A model generated the notes under the pieces. That model was not told where the DNA came from. It made no database searches and was given only the letters and a program-made list of their open reading frames with translations. DNA of 31,612 nt, from positions 1 through 31,612 of the IMG/VR virus record IMGVR_UViG_3300034190_003036; one strand, written 5' to 3'. This document shows, piece after piece, positions 18,509 through 27,411 of the stretch (positions are counted from its first letter, which is position 1; every line of letters begins with the position of its first letter). Made by a program: the position numbers and the translations under genes. This stretch comes from a virus (taxonomy: Duplodnaviria > Caudoviricetes).

Positions 18509-21500
18509 GTTCTCTTGGTCGTCCGCCATTATAGGGATTGCAAATTGATTCTTGACAATCTTCTGGTGGAGCATTCTCGTTTGCTTCGGGATAGTCTCTC
18601 CCTCGAACACAATGCGTTCCCCGATAGTGTCTCTCTGACAGGTCGATCTGACTTGTCATGTAATCAAATAATCCAAGACCTTCGGGTGATTGGATATCAG
18701 TGAATGCTGCAAGTCGTTCTTGATTTTGACCTCTACACGATGGATATTCATTATCCCAACCATCGGATTGCTGTATGGGCCACCCATCTTCTTCTGATGG
18801 TCCTGTGATACCATAGCGATTTAAGAATACTCTGTTACAACTGTTGGCTAACCACTCTCCCTCATCAAGAGGATAATATTCATTACTTGCCAGAGGTAGA
18901 TCCTTTGATGGTAATGATGACACATAAAATTTTGTAAAGGCAACTTGCTCGTCTAAGTCATAATATAAAGGTTGACCAGTTTCCTCGTCAATAATAGGTT
19001 CTCCTTCTTCGTCTGTTATTGAATCGTATTCGTCTCGTATTTTTTCATACAAATTTCTCAAGACATATTCCCACGGAGGATATACACCTATATCATCACT
19101 GTAGTTACCGTGTGTGGGATCAAAGGAGAAATATATTTGTGCTGGATATGGATTGATCTTACCCGATGGTAATCTTTGTGGACCAAATCTTTCAACTATT
19201 TTATCAAACAAGTATTGAGTGATACCATCGTTTCTCTCTTCGAAATGATTCCAGTAAAAAGCAGGAGCATCTGGACTTTCTAGTTCTTCTTTGCTTAATT
19301 TTTTCCATCCTACAAAAGGCTCACTGTAACAATTTCTATCCTCTGTGCATAAAGGCTCTAGTTCTACAATCTGACACTCATCTTCGTCAGGACTTACTCC
19401 GTTTACGCACTCGATGTCATTCGCTGTGTAAACATGTTCAAACGGTAAATCAAAACATTGAGGAGGTTTTGGTGGACACGCTCTTGGTAAATCATCTAAT
19501 CCACTTCCTAATCGACCATCCAAATCATTACAGTGTGAAAATCCTACTGGACCATCTGGTGCAGGGGTAACGTCGTTAGGTTCTCCATCGTCACCGATAA
19601 ATTCATACTCAACACACTTTGCGATACATCTGTGACAATCACATTGACAAGTATCGGGTTCATATTCGTCATCTACACATGGCTTATCCACATCCACTTC
19701 GAAACCACAAGTATGATATTCACTACACCTCCATCCTGAGATTGGTCCAAAACCGAAACTGTTGTAAAAGGGACTCTGTATAAGATCTATATCTTCTGGT
19801 ACTACATCACCTCCTACAGAATAAGGTTGACACGGGCCCTCACCTGCTTCACCATCACAAACTCTATATCGTTCAAACTCATCTCCAACACTCACCTTTC
19901 CCTCGTCAAGATACTCCTCTAAATTATAGAATCCCTCAGTTGGAAACTTCACAACGTAACTTGGTCTGCATAAACTTCTTGCTAAAAATTTTGCTGGATC
20001 TTCCCGTGGATCAACAATCGGAGGTGGATCAAAAGGATTGAAGACACTTGGATATAAGTCTTCATAGTCGTAAGCACAACAAAATTCTTTTTTCTTTTCT
20101 AAGAATGATTTAATATATTCTAAGACATACTCATTGACTTGTGTTTGATCTTCGAATACATCCTCTTCGTCTACATCGGAACCTCCTATGTCAATAGGAA
20201 AATCAATTCCTAATGACTCAAACAATTGTTGCCGATAACTAAAGATTAATTCATTAGTAACAGGATCTAGTATTACAGAAGCGAATATCCCCCCGAAGGA
20301 ATATGATATAAAATCATCACAAAGGGGATAGTCTGTTGATGGACAATAAGGTGTCGGATAGAATGCTCTGCTTTTTCTGCAAGCACAACTATCACTACTC
20401 CACATTCCTCCTTCGGGGGAATCTACCTCATAACTATCGAGACTTATAATCCCACTGCTTAAATCACATAAATCTCCATATGTGTCACTATTTTCGCCTG
20501 GAGTTAAATTATCACAATCAATACAGTCACACATTCTTACGTTATCATTACACTCTCCATTTTTGCAGCATGAACCATAAGGATTGTATGGCTCAGGATC
20601 TCCACATACTGACTCCCCGTTTTGATGTCGCTCACCACACGGAAGATTTTTATAAACACCTCCAAATCTCCCACAACATGATTCTGGTATTGAATGGGCG
20701 CAACGTCCATTTATACAACATGTCCCACCTAACGATGGATCACCACCCTCTTCTGGGTCGGGTGGATTACAAATACTACTTATGTCGAAACAGTCATAAT
20801 TTACGCAATCTGAATTGAAATAATCAAAAATACTTGAAGGCCCCTCAGGTCCAGTATAACAACAATCCCAGTTGTCAGGTTTTAAACAAGGGAGACTCCC
20901 TGGCGTTCCACAACCATCCCCGTAATCTCCTGGCCATGGGATTGTGTTGCAGTAAGTACCTACCCCTCCATATATCGTTCCACCTTGGTAGTTTTCGGCG
21001 GCTAATTGCAATCCTAACGATTCACATCCACTCTGTGACATAACTGAACAATATGTGACATTTTCCGATTCATACTCTGGTTTATAAAACGCACAACACC
21101 CGCCTGGACAAACCGTACAATGATCTCCACCAACTGTCAGACATGGCGCTAGTACGTTGCTTACGTCACAACCTTCTTGTATGGCTGCTGCATATTTCTC
21201 CGCATAAGATCTGCTGCATGCCGATCCTGAAGCACTAAAATCACAAACATCTTCTTCTTCTTCATCACATCTACAATCTACGTCCTCACATACAGTGTTA
21301 TCTCCCTGCCATCTACCACCTATATCATCACAACTTAATGTTGCTGGGTTTGAGTCAGATTTTGTACGCTCACTACATCCACCCACTGTGCAGCATGCAC
21401 CATAGATAGGATCTTCGCATCTTTCTTGACAAGGATCATCTTCGCACGATAGATCAACATCACAGAAAACATTACAAATCGACTCTGTTTGAGGCTCGTA

Positions 21501-22037
21501 TTCTGGTGGATCTGAGCCTGGGATTATCTGCTCAATAAGTTCACCGTCTGGAGTTCTTCTATTTGTTCTTCTTTGATCTCCACAATTAGTGTCTTCTCCC
21601 TGAAACTCACCACCTAATTCATTACACTCTAATTCTGACGTATCATCTACGCAAAAGTCAGGAACATTCACTGGACTGTTACAGAAACAACAAGCACCCT
21701 CTTCATCGTTTGAAGATTCATCAATACATTCTGAATTACAAACCTCTAAATTCTGTGTGCAAACGTAATCCGTAACTGGTTGAACAAAAACCTCAAGTCC
21801 TACACGCACCAAACCCGTTTCTTCATCAACAAAATCATTATCGATAAAATATTTTTCAGCGTTAACTTTAGGATGTATTTCATCCTCGTCCTGAAGACAA
21901 AACGGTGAACAGGGTGTAGCGTAATTTTCTATAATAGGAACATCTGCGACAAGACTGGGAGGAATACCAGTCGGACCATAATGTATAAATGCTGCGACAC
22001 CAATATCGTCACAACAGCACATGCGATGCATACTCAT
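18504..22037 (-). CDS. Large acidic Cys-rich protein with GACC-type repeats, probable tail-tip/hub-associated structural protein
   Basis: Begins MSMHRMCCC; GACC, GACC, GGCC, GTCC, GSCC units such as GACCTVGGCSERT...CDDIGGRWQGDNTVCEDVDC; very D/E-rich; GAGG SD; lies between the two hub halves. Confidence 0.7.
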   Translation of the reverse strand: MSMHRMCCCDDIGVAAFIHYGPTGIPPSLVADVPIIENYATPCSPFCLQDEDEIHPKVNAEKYFIDNDFVDEETGLVRVGLEVFVQPVTDYVCTQNLEVCNSECIDESSNDEEGACCFCNSPVNVPDFCVDDTSELECNELGGEFQGEDTNCGDQRRTNRRTPDGELIEQIIPGSDPPEYEPQTESICNVFCDVDLSCEDDPCQERCEDPIYGACCTVGGCSERTKSDSNPATLSCDDIGGRWQGDNTVCEDVDCRCDEEEEDVCDFSASGSACSRSYAEKYAAAIQEGCDVSNVLAPCLTVGGDHCTVCPGGCCAFYKPEYESENVTYCSVMSQSGCESLGLQLAAENYQGGTIYGGVGTYCNTIPWPGDYGDGCGTPGSLPCLKPDNWDCCYTGPEGPSSIFDYFNSDCVNYDCFDISSICNPPDPEEGGDPSLGGTCCINGRCAHSIPESCCGRFGGVYKNLPCGERHQNGESVCGDPEPYNPYGSCCKNGECNDNVRMCDCIDCDNLTPGENSDTYGDLCDLSSGIISLDSYEVDSPEGGMWSSDSCACRKSRAFYPTPYCPSTDYPLCDDFISYSFGGIFASVILDPVTNELIFSYRQQLFESLGIDFPIDIGGSDVDEEDVFEDQTQVNEYVLEYIKSFLEKKKEFCCAYDYEDLYPSVFNPFDPPPIVDPREDPAKFLARSLCRPSYVVKFPTEGFYNLEEYLDEGKVSVGDEFERYRVCDGEAGEGPCQPYSVGGDVVPEDIDLIQSPFYNSFGFGPISGWRCSEYHTCGFEVDVDKPCVDDEYEPDTCQCDCHRCIAKCVEYEFIGDDGEPNDVTPAPDGPVGFSHCNDLDGRLGSGLDDLPRACPPKPPQCFDLPFEHVYTANDIECVNGVSPDEDECQIVELEPLCTEDRNCYSEPFVGWKKLSKEELESPDAPAFYWNHFEERNDGITQYLFDKIVERFGPQRLPSGKINPYPAQIYFSFDPTHGNYSDDIGVYPPWEYVLRNLYEKIRDEYDSITDEEGEPIIDEETGQPLYYDLDEQVAFTKFYVSSLPSKDLPLASNEYYPLDEGEWLANSCNRVFLNRYGITGPSEEDGWPIQQSDGWDNEYPSCRGQNQERLAAFTDIQSPEGLGLFDYMTSQIDLSERHYRGTHCVRGRDYPEANENAPPEDCQESICNPYNGGRPREP

Positions 22038-22040
22038 ATA

Positions 22041-23747
22041 TTATTCCTCTTCAGCGCCTTCTCGCGTTGTCTCATCCTTACAATCCTCGGTAGACTCACC
22101 ATCACCACCTTCAACATCCTCTTCATCACACTCTCCATCCACTGCGTTCTCAGCAGTAAAGAAGTAATGAGGTTGATTATCTTCTGCGAAGTATACTTTC
22201 ATATCAACGATAGGGAAAGACCCCAACACAGGAAAATCATCTAAATCTGTGGTTACACTTTCGAAAGTATCAAAACACTTCGCCCATTGTTCGATGACAT
22301 TGTTTTTCATCGCAGGTTCATCACCACTTGGAGTGATTGGTTCACTTACTTCCAGTCCATCCTCATCTTGTTGCTCACGATTCACAACACGACAGAAAGA
22401 GCCTCGGATTGGTTGTATCTTCATACAACTATCTTCCCAAATTTCAGTGTCCAGTCGATAGCCTGGTGCTTCCCATCCTCTACGTTCCTCGTAATCATAG
22501 TAAGCATCATTACCTTGTTCCATAGTATTAAAGGCTGGTCGAGCAAAAATATTAACGTCACTGTACGGACCATTTAAAACAAAAGGATAAACACGAGTAT
22601 CGTCCTCGTCATCAGGATCTTTTTCGTGAACGACCCATGATCGCAACCCACCACGTTCAATCGGTTTTACCAACCAGTTAGGTCTGTTTTTCTCATAATC
22701 AAAAGCAAGATAGACTTCGACCCATGCGTATCTCCACTCAGCAAATCCTTTTTCTATTTGTTGAAATCCGAAGATTGCAGCAGGAAAGTGATCTTTTTGT
22801 CTACAATTGATTCTAAAATAAACTGTTCCAATAGAATCACGATACCACCTTTTATACTTCTCAGCATCGGGTCGGGGTCTGTAAAACTTCATGGTATTTA
22901 CTAAAGCACCAGAATTTTTTAATCTTAATGTATCTGTGTGTCGGATGACACTAAGATTTATAATTCTTCTTTTTTGATTTTCAGCAGTTGAGGTAACTCC
23001 ACCTTTAAAAGTTGCAACAGGTTCTCCATCACCAATAAGTGACTCGATTGACTTAAAGTTATATGCACCATACTTATCTTGATAAAAGTAAAAGTTTACT
23101 GCGTTTGGATTCTCGCTGTGAATAGAATTTTCTGCAAGTTGAAACAACAACTCAAACGGTTTCTGTTCATCGTCTTTTCTAATGACAGGATATGCACCCT
23201 GAGCAGGTTTATAATAAACGCTATTACCTGTCTCTTCAATATTAGGTGTCTCGAAACCTAGTTGTGCCGCCTCGGTGACCTTCTCAACAAGTTCGCTAAT
23301 TTTACCCTTAAAGTATGGATCTCCTTCTTCACCTGTAATTTCAAGATGTTGTGTAGTCTCATTATTCTCTAAGTAAGCGACATCAGCGAAAGACAAAGCA
23401 TACGCTCTACCTTGAACTACACCGCCCTCATCACCGCTTAAATCAATCGGAAGTATGGAGTATATGCGAAAGTTACAGCAAAGATTTTTAACCCCATCGC
23501 CTACTGACTCAGGTGTTTCAAAAGTAAGTGAAATATACACTGGACCTTTATCAAGTTGCAGTTCTTCCGCCCATCCAGTGACATCAATAACTGATGCTGC
23601 ACCACTTAAACAAGGATCGAACATATTTTCAAACAGTGATAAAGCATCTAAGGCTCCGTGTTTCAATAGGTCGTATTGACCTACATCGGTGAGTATGGAC
23701 GCATCTGTTATATTTACATCAAATTGAGATACAATTTCTTCTGCCAT
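22041..23747 (-). CDS. N-terminal part of a gp27-like baseplate hub fused to an extra C-terminal domain
   Basis: LSLFENMFDPCLSG...IDV and NFYFYQDKYGAYNFKSIESL are hub motifs of marine T4-like phages; follows gp53; C-terminal WRYAWVEV...PAFN..E..N...QPI...YFF..ENAVDGEC domain is not hub-like. Confidence 0.75.
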   Translation of the reverse strand: MAEEIVSQFDVNITDASILTDVGQYDLLKHGALDALSLFENMFDPCLSGAASVIDVTGWAEELQLDKGPVYISLTFETPESVGDGVKNLCCNFRIYSILPIDLSGDEGGVVQGRAYALSFADVAYLENNETTQHLEITGEEGDPYFKGKISELVEKVTEAAQLGFETPNIEETGNSVYYKPAQGAYPVIRKDDEQKPFELLFQLAENSIHSENPNAVNFYFYQDKYGAYNFKSIESLIGDGEPVATFKGGVTSTAENQKRRIINLSVIRHTDTLRLKNSGALVNTMKFYRPRPDAEKYKRWYRDSIGTVYFRINCRQKDHFPAAIFGFQQIEKGFAEWRYAWVEVYLAFDYEKNRPNWLVKPIERGGLRSWVVHEKDPDDEDDTRVYPFVLNGPYSDVNIFARPAFNTMEQGNDAYYDYEERRGWEAPGYRLDTEIWEDSCMKIQPIRGSFCRVVNREQQDEDGLEVSEPITPSGDEPAMKNNVIEQWAKCFDTFESVTTDLDDFPVLGSFPIVDMKVYFAEDNQPHYFFTAENAVDGECDEEDVEGGDGESTEDCKDETTREGAEEE

Positions 23748-23748
23748 A

Positions 23749-24876
23749 TTAAAGAACTATTCTATTATCTACGGGGTTGATTGGAACTGCAAAACGACGA
23801 TCCCTCACATCTTGGAATCTAGTGCTAAACTCTTTGATTGAATACTTATCTGAATTCAAGGCATCTCTAAACAATTTAAAAGCCTCAGACTTGAACTGAG
23901 GATCTAATAATCTTAACTTACCTCTGCTAATTGGAGATTCGAATCCTGTTTGAATATACACATCATCATTTACATCATCATTAGTAGTTGGATTATTTGT
24001 AGACGGAGGTGTGTAATAAACTGCTGCGTAGTCTTGGTCATAGGTGCTACCTACATCCGAACCTAAAAATCCATTTATGATTGTATTTGTATAATTGATT
24101 GGGTTCACGATGGGATCTCCGTTTGATCTTTTCACTGCACCTTCATTCGCTGACGCTCCAGCGATTTTAGTAGTTTTAATATTATACAAAGGAGATATCG
24201 GAAAACCAGTCTTTTTTGATTGGAATCCAACGAGTTTTTGATCTTCGGGTTGTTCGACTCTCTTTATCTTACCGATGACTTGGTTTGATCCTTGATTATC
24301 AAATGTCAAAACATGTTGATTTCCACGCAGTAAACTCTTAGCATTTGCATTGTTTGGAATTACTGTTGCTTTACGAAGTGTCTGATCCCACCGAGTAATT
24401 TTGTATACTGAATATTCACCATTATTTAATACGGGTTTGGGTAATTTTCTTACTTCACCAGATCGCACATAATCTTCAAAGGGTACACCTGCTGATGATG
24501 CAAGAATTAAAAAATCACCCTCTTTAAAATCCTGTGTTTCAGTTCCGCCAGTTTTTTCGAGATACACAGTCAGTTGTGATCCATAAAGATCTTCTATACC
24601 TCTGTCAAATCCAGTTCTTGGAAATTCACTAAAAGGATTGATTGTATTGGTAAACAAACAAACTAACCACCAATAGTCTTCAGTACCATAAACTTTTTTT
24701 GCGATAATATCTGGTGTGTCTCCGAACTCTATAAAATAATCGAAAGTTGGTCTATTCGTTTCCGCATAAGGTTGGAACAAAAAAGATACTCTACGAAATA
24801 CGTCCAACATTTCGACACCATAGATATCCTCAAAAGGAAAGTCGTAATTAAGTTTTGGGAATTGTTCAAAAAACAT
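23749..24876 (-). CDS. gp53: Baseplate wedge subunit gp53 (LysM-like)
   Basis: MFFEQFPKLNY, DVFRRV, YFIEFGDTPDIIAKKVYG..DYWWLV.LF...INPF.EFP, LRLL.P motifs. Confidence 0.88.
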   Translation of the reverse strand: MFFEQFPKLNYDFPFEDIYGVEMLDVFRRVSFLFQPYAETNRPTFDYFIEFGDTPDIIAKKVYGTEDYWWLVCLFTNTINPFSEFPRTGFDRGIEDLYGSQLTVYLEKTGGTETQDFKEGDFLILASSAGVPFEDYVRSGEVRKLPKPVLNNGEYSVYKITRWDQTLRKATVIPNNANAKSLLRGNQHVLTFDNQGSNQVIGKIKRVEQPEDQKLVGFQSKKTGFPISPLYNIKTTKIAGASANEGAVKRSNGDPIVNPINYTNTIINGFLGSDVGSTYDQDYAAVYYTPPSTNNPTTNDDVNDDVYIQTGFESPISRGKLRLLDPQFKSEAFKLFRDALNSDKYSIKEFSTRFQDVRDRRFAVPINPVDNRIVL

Positions 24877-24884
24877 ATGTTTCC

Positions 24885-25625
24885 TTAATTTAAAGCCTCA
24901 TGTCTTTGGTGTAAGAGATTTGTTTCGGTAAATGTCAAGTCTAAGTTTACAAAAGCAGGTTTTCCGTTTTTATACATGACAGGTTTTCCTGCACCACTAA
25001 AATTAACATTGAATCCAGTTAAAACACATTTTGCGGGAACACCCACACCCACAACCCTACCTTCTTTACCCTTTTGAAGAAAAGTTATTTTAAACTGATT
25101 CGGAACCGTAAATCGTGTGGACAATTCAGCACCCTCAAATATTTCCGAAGGATATGAATTCTTTCGAAAGGTGTTTACAATATTGTCTAATGCAACTGCA
25201 TCAGAATTACTTGTTGCTGCTAACTCATATGAAAAACTATGAGTTCTAAAATTAGGAGCCTGGTACAGTTGCTCCTCCTGTGGATTTTGTACGGTTTGTG
25301 ATATGATACCCATAGCGTTTTCAACCGCACTAGGTAATACATTTTCAGCGATTTGTGCAAGTCCACCAAAAATATCCGCAATTGATGTCGTGTCGCTCAC
25401 ATTTGAAATTGCGGCGATAATGCGACCATTTACAACTTTATACCTATGAGAGTTTCCCTCTTGAATTTGATTTGGTGCGTGAAGAAATATTTCATCAATT
25501 AGATCACCAAATCTATCTTTTGATTGAGTTTCATTTAATAGGTTACTAACAGGTCTAAAAATTTGAAACCTGACATACAATTCATTAGTGCTAAACTCTT
25601 CAATTGGAAAGTGGTATCTAGACAT
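24885..25625 (-). CDS. gp48: Baseplate tail tube cap gp48-like
   Basis: NP.EEQLYQAPNFRTHSFSY, IV..FR..SYP, P..F.I.F, CVLT...VNF, LDLTFTE motifs; upstream of gp53. Confidence 0.85.
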   Translation of the reverse strand: MSRYHFPIEEFSTNELYVRFQIFRPVSNLLNETQSKDRFGDLIDEIFLHAPNQIQEGNSHRYKVVNGRIIAAISNVSDTTSIADIFGGLAQIAENVLPSAVENAMGIISQTVQNPQEEQLYQAPNFRTHSFSYELAATSNSDAVALDNIVNTFRKNSYPSEIFEGAELSTRFTVPNQFKITFLQKGKEGRVVGVGVPAKCVLTGFNVNFSGAGKPVMYKNGKPAFVNLDLTFTETNLLHQRHEALN

Positions 25626-25637
25626 ATTCGTTCTCCA

Positions 25638-25649
25638 TACTATATATTA
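25638..25649. promoter_or_regulatory. Candidate bidirectional late promoter (CTATATA on +, ATATATA on -)
   Basis: Only AT element in the 28-nt gap between divergent gp48 and gp4 starts; resembles the late consensus with a variable centre. Confidence 0.5.
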
Positions 25650-25653
25650 CGTC

Positions 25654-26094
25654 ATGGCTTACAAATCTAGATACAGACCTCAGAACGTTAACAAATACAT
25701 GGGTGATCCACATAAAATTATCTGTAGATCCATGTGGGAGAGAAAGGTTTGTAAATACCTCGACTCAAATAAGAACATACTTCGCTGGTCGAGTGAAGAA
25801 ATATCAATACCTTACTATTCAACTGTAGATCGAAAAATGAGAAGATACTACCCCGACTTTCTCATAGAAAAGAAGGGTAAGGAGAACGAAATCGATACGA
25901 TTCTTATAGAAGTTAAACCGCTCAAGCAAACCATAAGACCAAAGCGAGGAAAGAAAACAAAAAAGTCATATCTAAACGAATGCATGACTTATGAAACTAA
26001 CCTAGCAAAGTGGAAATATGCGAGAGAGTATTGTAAACAACGAGGCTGGAAATTCTTAATTCTTACAGAAAAGGATATCTTTAGTAATAAATAA
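25654..26094 (+). CDS. gp4: Head completion protein gp4 (TnsA-like endonuclease fold)
   Basis: MAYKSRYRPQN..KY.GD...I..RS.WE, W.SEEI.IPY, RYYPDF, IEVKP.KQT, N.AKW..A, F.ILTE; start moved from the track's 25588 to the ATG of MAYK. Confidence 0.93.
   Translation: MAYKSRYRPQNVNKYMGDPHKIICRSMWERKVCKYLDSNKNILRWSSEEISIPYYSTVDRKMRRYYPDFLIEKKGKENEIDTILIEVKPLKQTIRPKRGKKTKKSYLNECMTYETNLAKWKYAREYCKQRGWKFLILTEKDIFSNK
26086..26093 (+). promoter_or_regulatory. Candidate late promoter AATAAATA
   Basis: Overlaps gp4 stop, upstream of the GGGAG SD of the tube-like gene. Confidence 0.6.
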
Positions 26095-26108
26095 AGTAGG
26101 GAGATGAT

Positions 26109-26669
26109 ATGACCACCGATCTGAGAACCATCACGGATAGAATCAATCAGTTTCAACTTGCAAGTCCTAGCAAGTTTAAGGTGCAGTTTTTTGGTGGACC
26201 CTCTGGGGTTAACCTTGGTTTTGACGGAGGAGATGCGAGCATCATCGTCGAAGACGTAACGATGCCTGGTAGAACTTTATCAACGGTCGAGAGAAGATCC
26301 TTCGGACCTGTTCAGGAATTACCTTACGAAAGAACATTTGGTGGAGATATTGAGGTCGTGTTCAAATTGATGGGATCAAGTAATGATTCTTTTAATATAA
26401 GAGTCGCTATGGAAAAATGGATGGATGAGATTATCGGTGGAGGTCTTAGAGATACAAATACGGGTATGATCATGCAAGACAGAAAACAATATGTCTGCGA
26501 TATGAGGATTCAAGTATTTTCACAGGACTTTAAAACTCCGTCATTATCCCTGAGATGTTTTGAAGTTTTTCCAAAAACAATAAACTCCATATCATTGAGT
26601 GATAATACAACAGACTCATATGTACGACAGTCGGTCAACTTCTCTTATAGAGATTATGAAATAGAATGA
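26109..26669 (+). CDS. Tail tube-like protein (gp54/gp19 family baseplate tube initiator)
   Basis: A.P.KF.V, V.MPGRTL.T, PY...F..I...F, EKWMD.I, EVFPK.I..I.L, V.FSYR motifs; synteny before gp26. Confidence 0.8.
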   Translation: MTTDLRTITDRINQFQLASPSKFKVQFFGGPSGVNLGFDGGDASIIVEDVTMPGRTLSTVERRSFGPVQELPYERTFGGDIEVVFKLMGSSNDSFNIRVAMEKWMDEIIGGGLRDTNTGMIMQDRKQYVCDMRIQVFSQDFKTPSLSLRCFEVFPKTINSISLSDNTTDSYVRQSVNFSYRDYEIE

Positions 26670-26682
26670 AAGGCAAATCATT

Positions 26683-27411
26683 ATGAAATTATCAGGTTTA
26701 TTAAAATCAGAAACACCCACCTATAGTTTAACGTTACCCATAACTCAACAAAAAGTAACCTACAGACCGTTTAGGGTGAAAGAGGAAAAGATATTACTTC
26801 TTGCCTTAGAGGAGGGGTCAGAGGAATCTTTACTTCGTGCAGGTATAAACTTGTTAGAATCCGTATGTGATAATATAGAGTCAGTCGGAGATTTACCCAT
26901 TTGTGACTTCGAATATTTGTTTTTGAATATTCGTGCAAAATCGGTCGGAGAAGTTTGTGAACCAGCGATCAACTGTCCGCACACGGGTAAAAAATCGAAA
27001 GCAAAAGTTAATCTTCTTGAAATTAAGCCTCCAGACACTTCTAAAATTAAAGACCGTAAACTTAAGTTATCTGATAATGTTGGAATTACCATGAAATATC
27101 CGTGTATAAACTCGCTCCTAAATTCTGATAAGGTTGATACGCAAACTGATAAGTTAATTCAAACAATAGCACAGACCATTGAAGAAGTATGGACACCAGA
27201 TGCATCATACAAAAGTGATGAGCATTCTCTTGAGGACATTGTTGAATTTGTAGAAGAGATGTCCACCGAAGACTTAACACAAATTATGGAATTTTGTGAA
27301 TCAGTACCGTCCCTAACTCACACCGTAAAATACTTCATCATAGATGAGGAAAAACATACAAAGGAGGAATACGAGATTACGCTACGCGGACTGAAAGATT
27401 TTTTCAGTTAA
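26683..27411 (+). CDS. gp26: Baseplate hub assembly protein gp26-like
   Basis: PTY.LTLP, YRPF.VKEEKILLLALE, D.EYLFL.IRAKSVGE, CP, MKYP, L.GL.DFF motifs. Confidence 0.92.
   Translation: MKLSGLLKSETPTYSLTLPITQQKVTYRPFRVKEEKILLLALEEGSEESLLRAGINLLESVCDNIESVGDLPICDFEYLFLNIRAKSVGEVCEPAINCPHTGKKSKAKVNLLEIKPPDTSKIKDRKLKLSDNVGITMKYPCINSLLNSDKVDTQTDKLIQTIAQTIEEVWTPDASYKSDEHSLEDIVEFVEEMSTEDLTQIMEFCESVPSLTHTVKYFIIDEEKHTKEEYEITLRGLKDFFS
27399..27405 (+). other. Candidate -1 ribosomal slippery heptamer T TTT TTC
   Basis: X XXY YYZ pattern, in frame, two codons before the gp26 stop; the -1 frame is the gp51 frame. Confidence 0.65.

Noticed and set aside
18504-22037. Eukaryotic contamination, multiheme cytochrome or RiPP precursor
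   Set aside because: Has a phage-type SD and tight operon packing; only an isolated CxxCH-like match (CDCH context does not fit a repeated CxxCH pattern); far too large for a RiPP precursor and no modifying enzymes in the window.
25588-25653. N-terminal extension of gp4 in the ORF track
   Set aside because: Overlaps the divergent gp48 start; family similarity begins at MAYK (25654).
25654-26094. Homing endonuclease or Tn7 TnsA transposase
   Set aside because: Motifs and synteny fit gp4, which shares that fold; no transposon ends or partner genes.
11157-27411. Bacterial contractile injection system (T6SS/eCIS/tailocin)
   Set aside because: gp4, gp32, gp33 and T4-type late promoters identify a T4-like phage.
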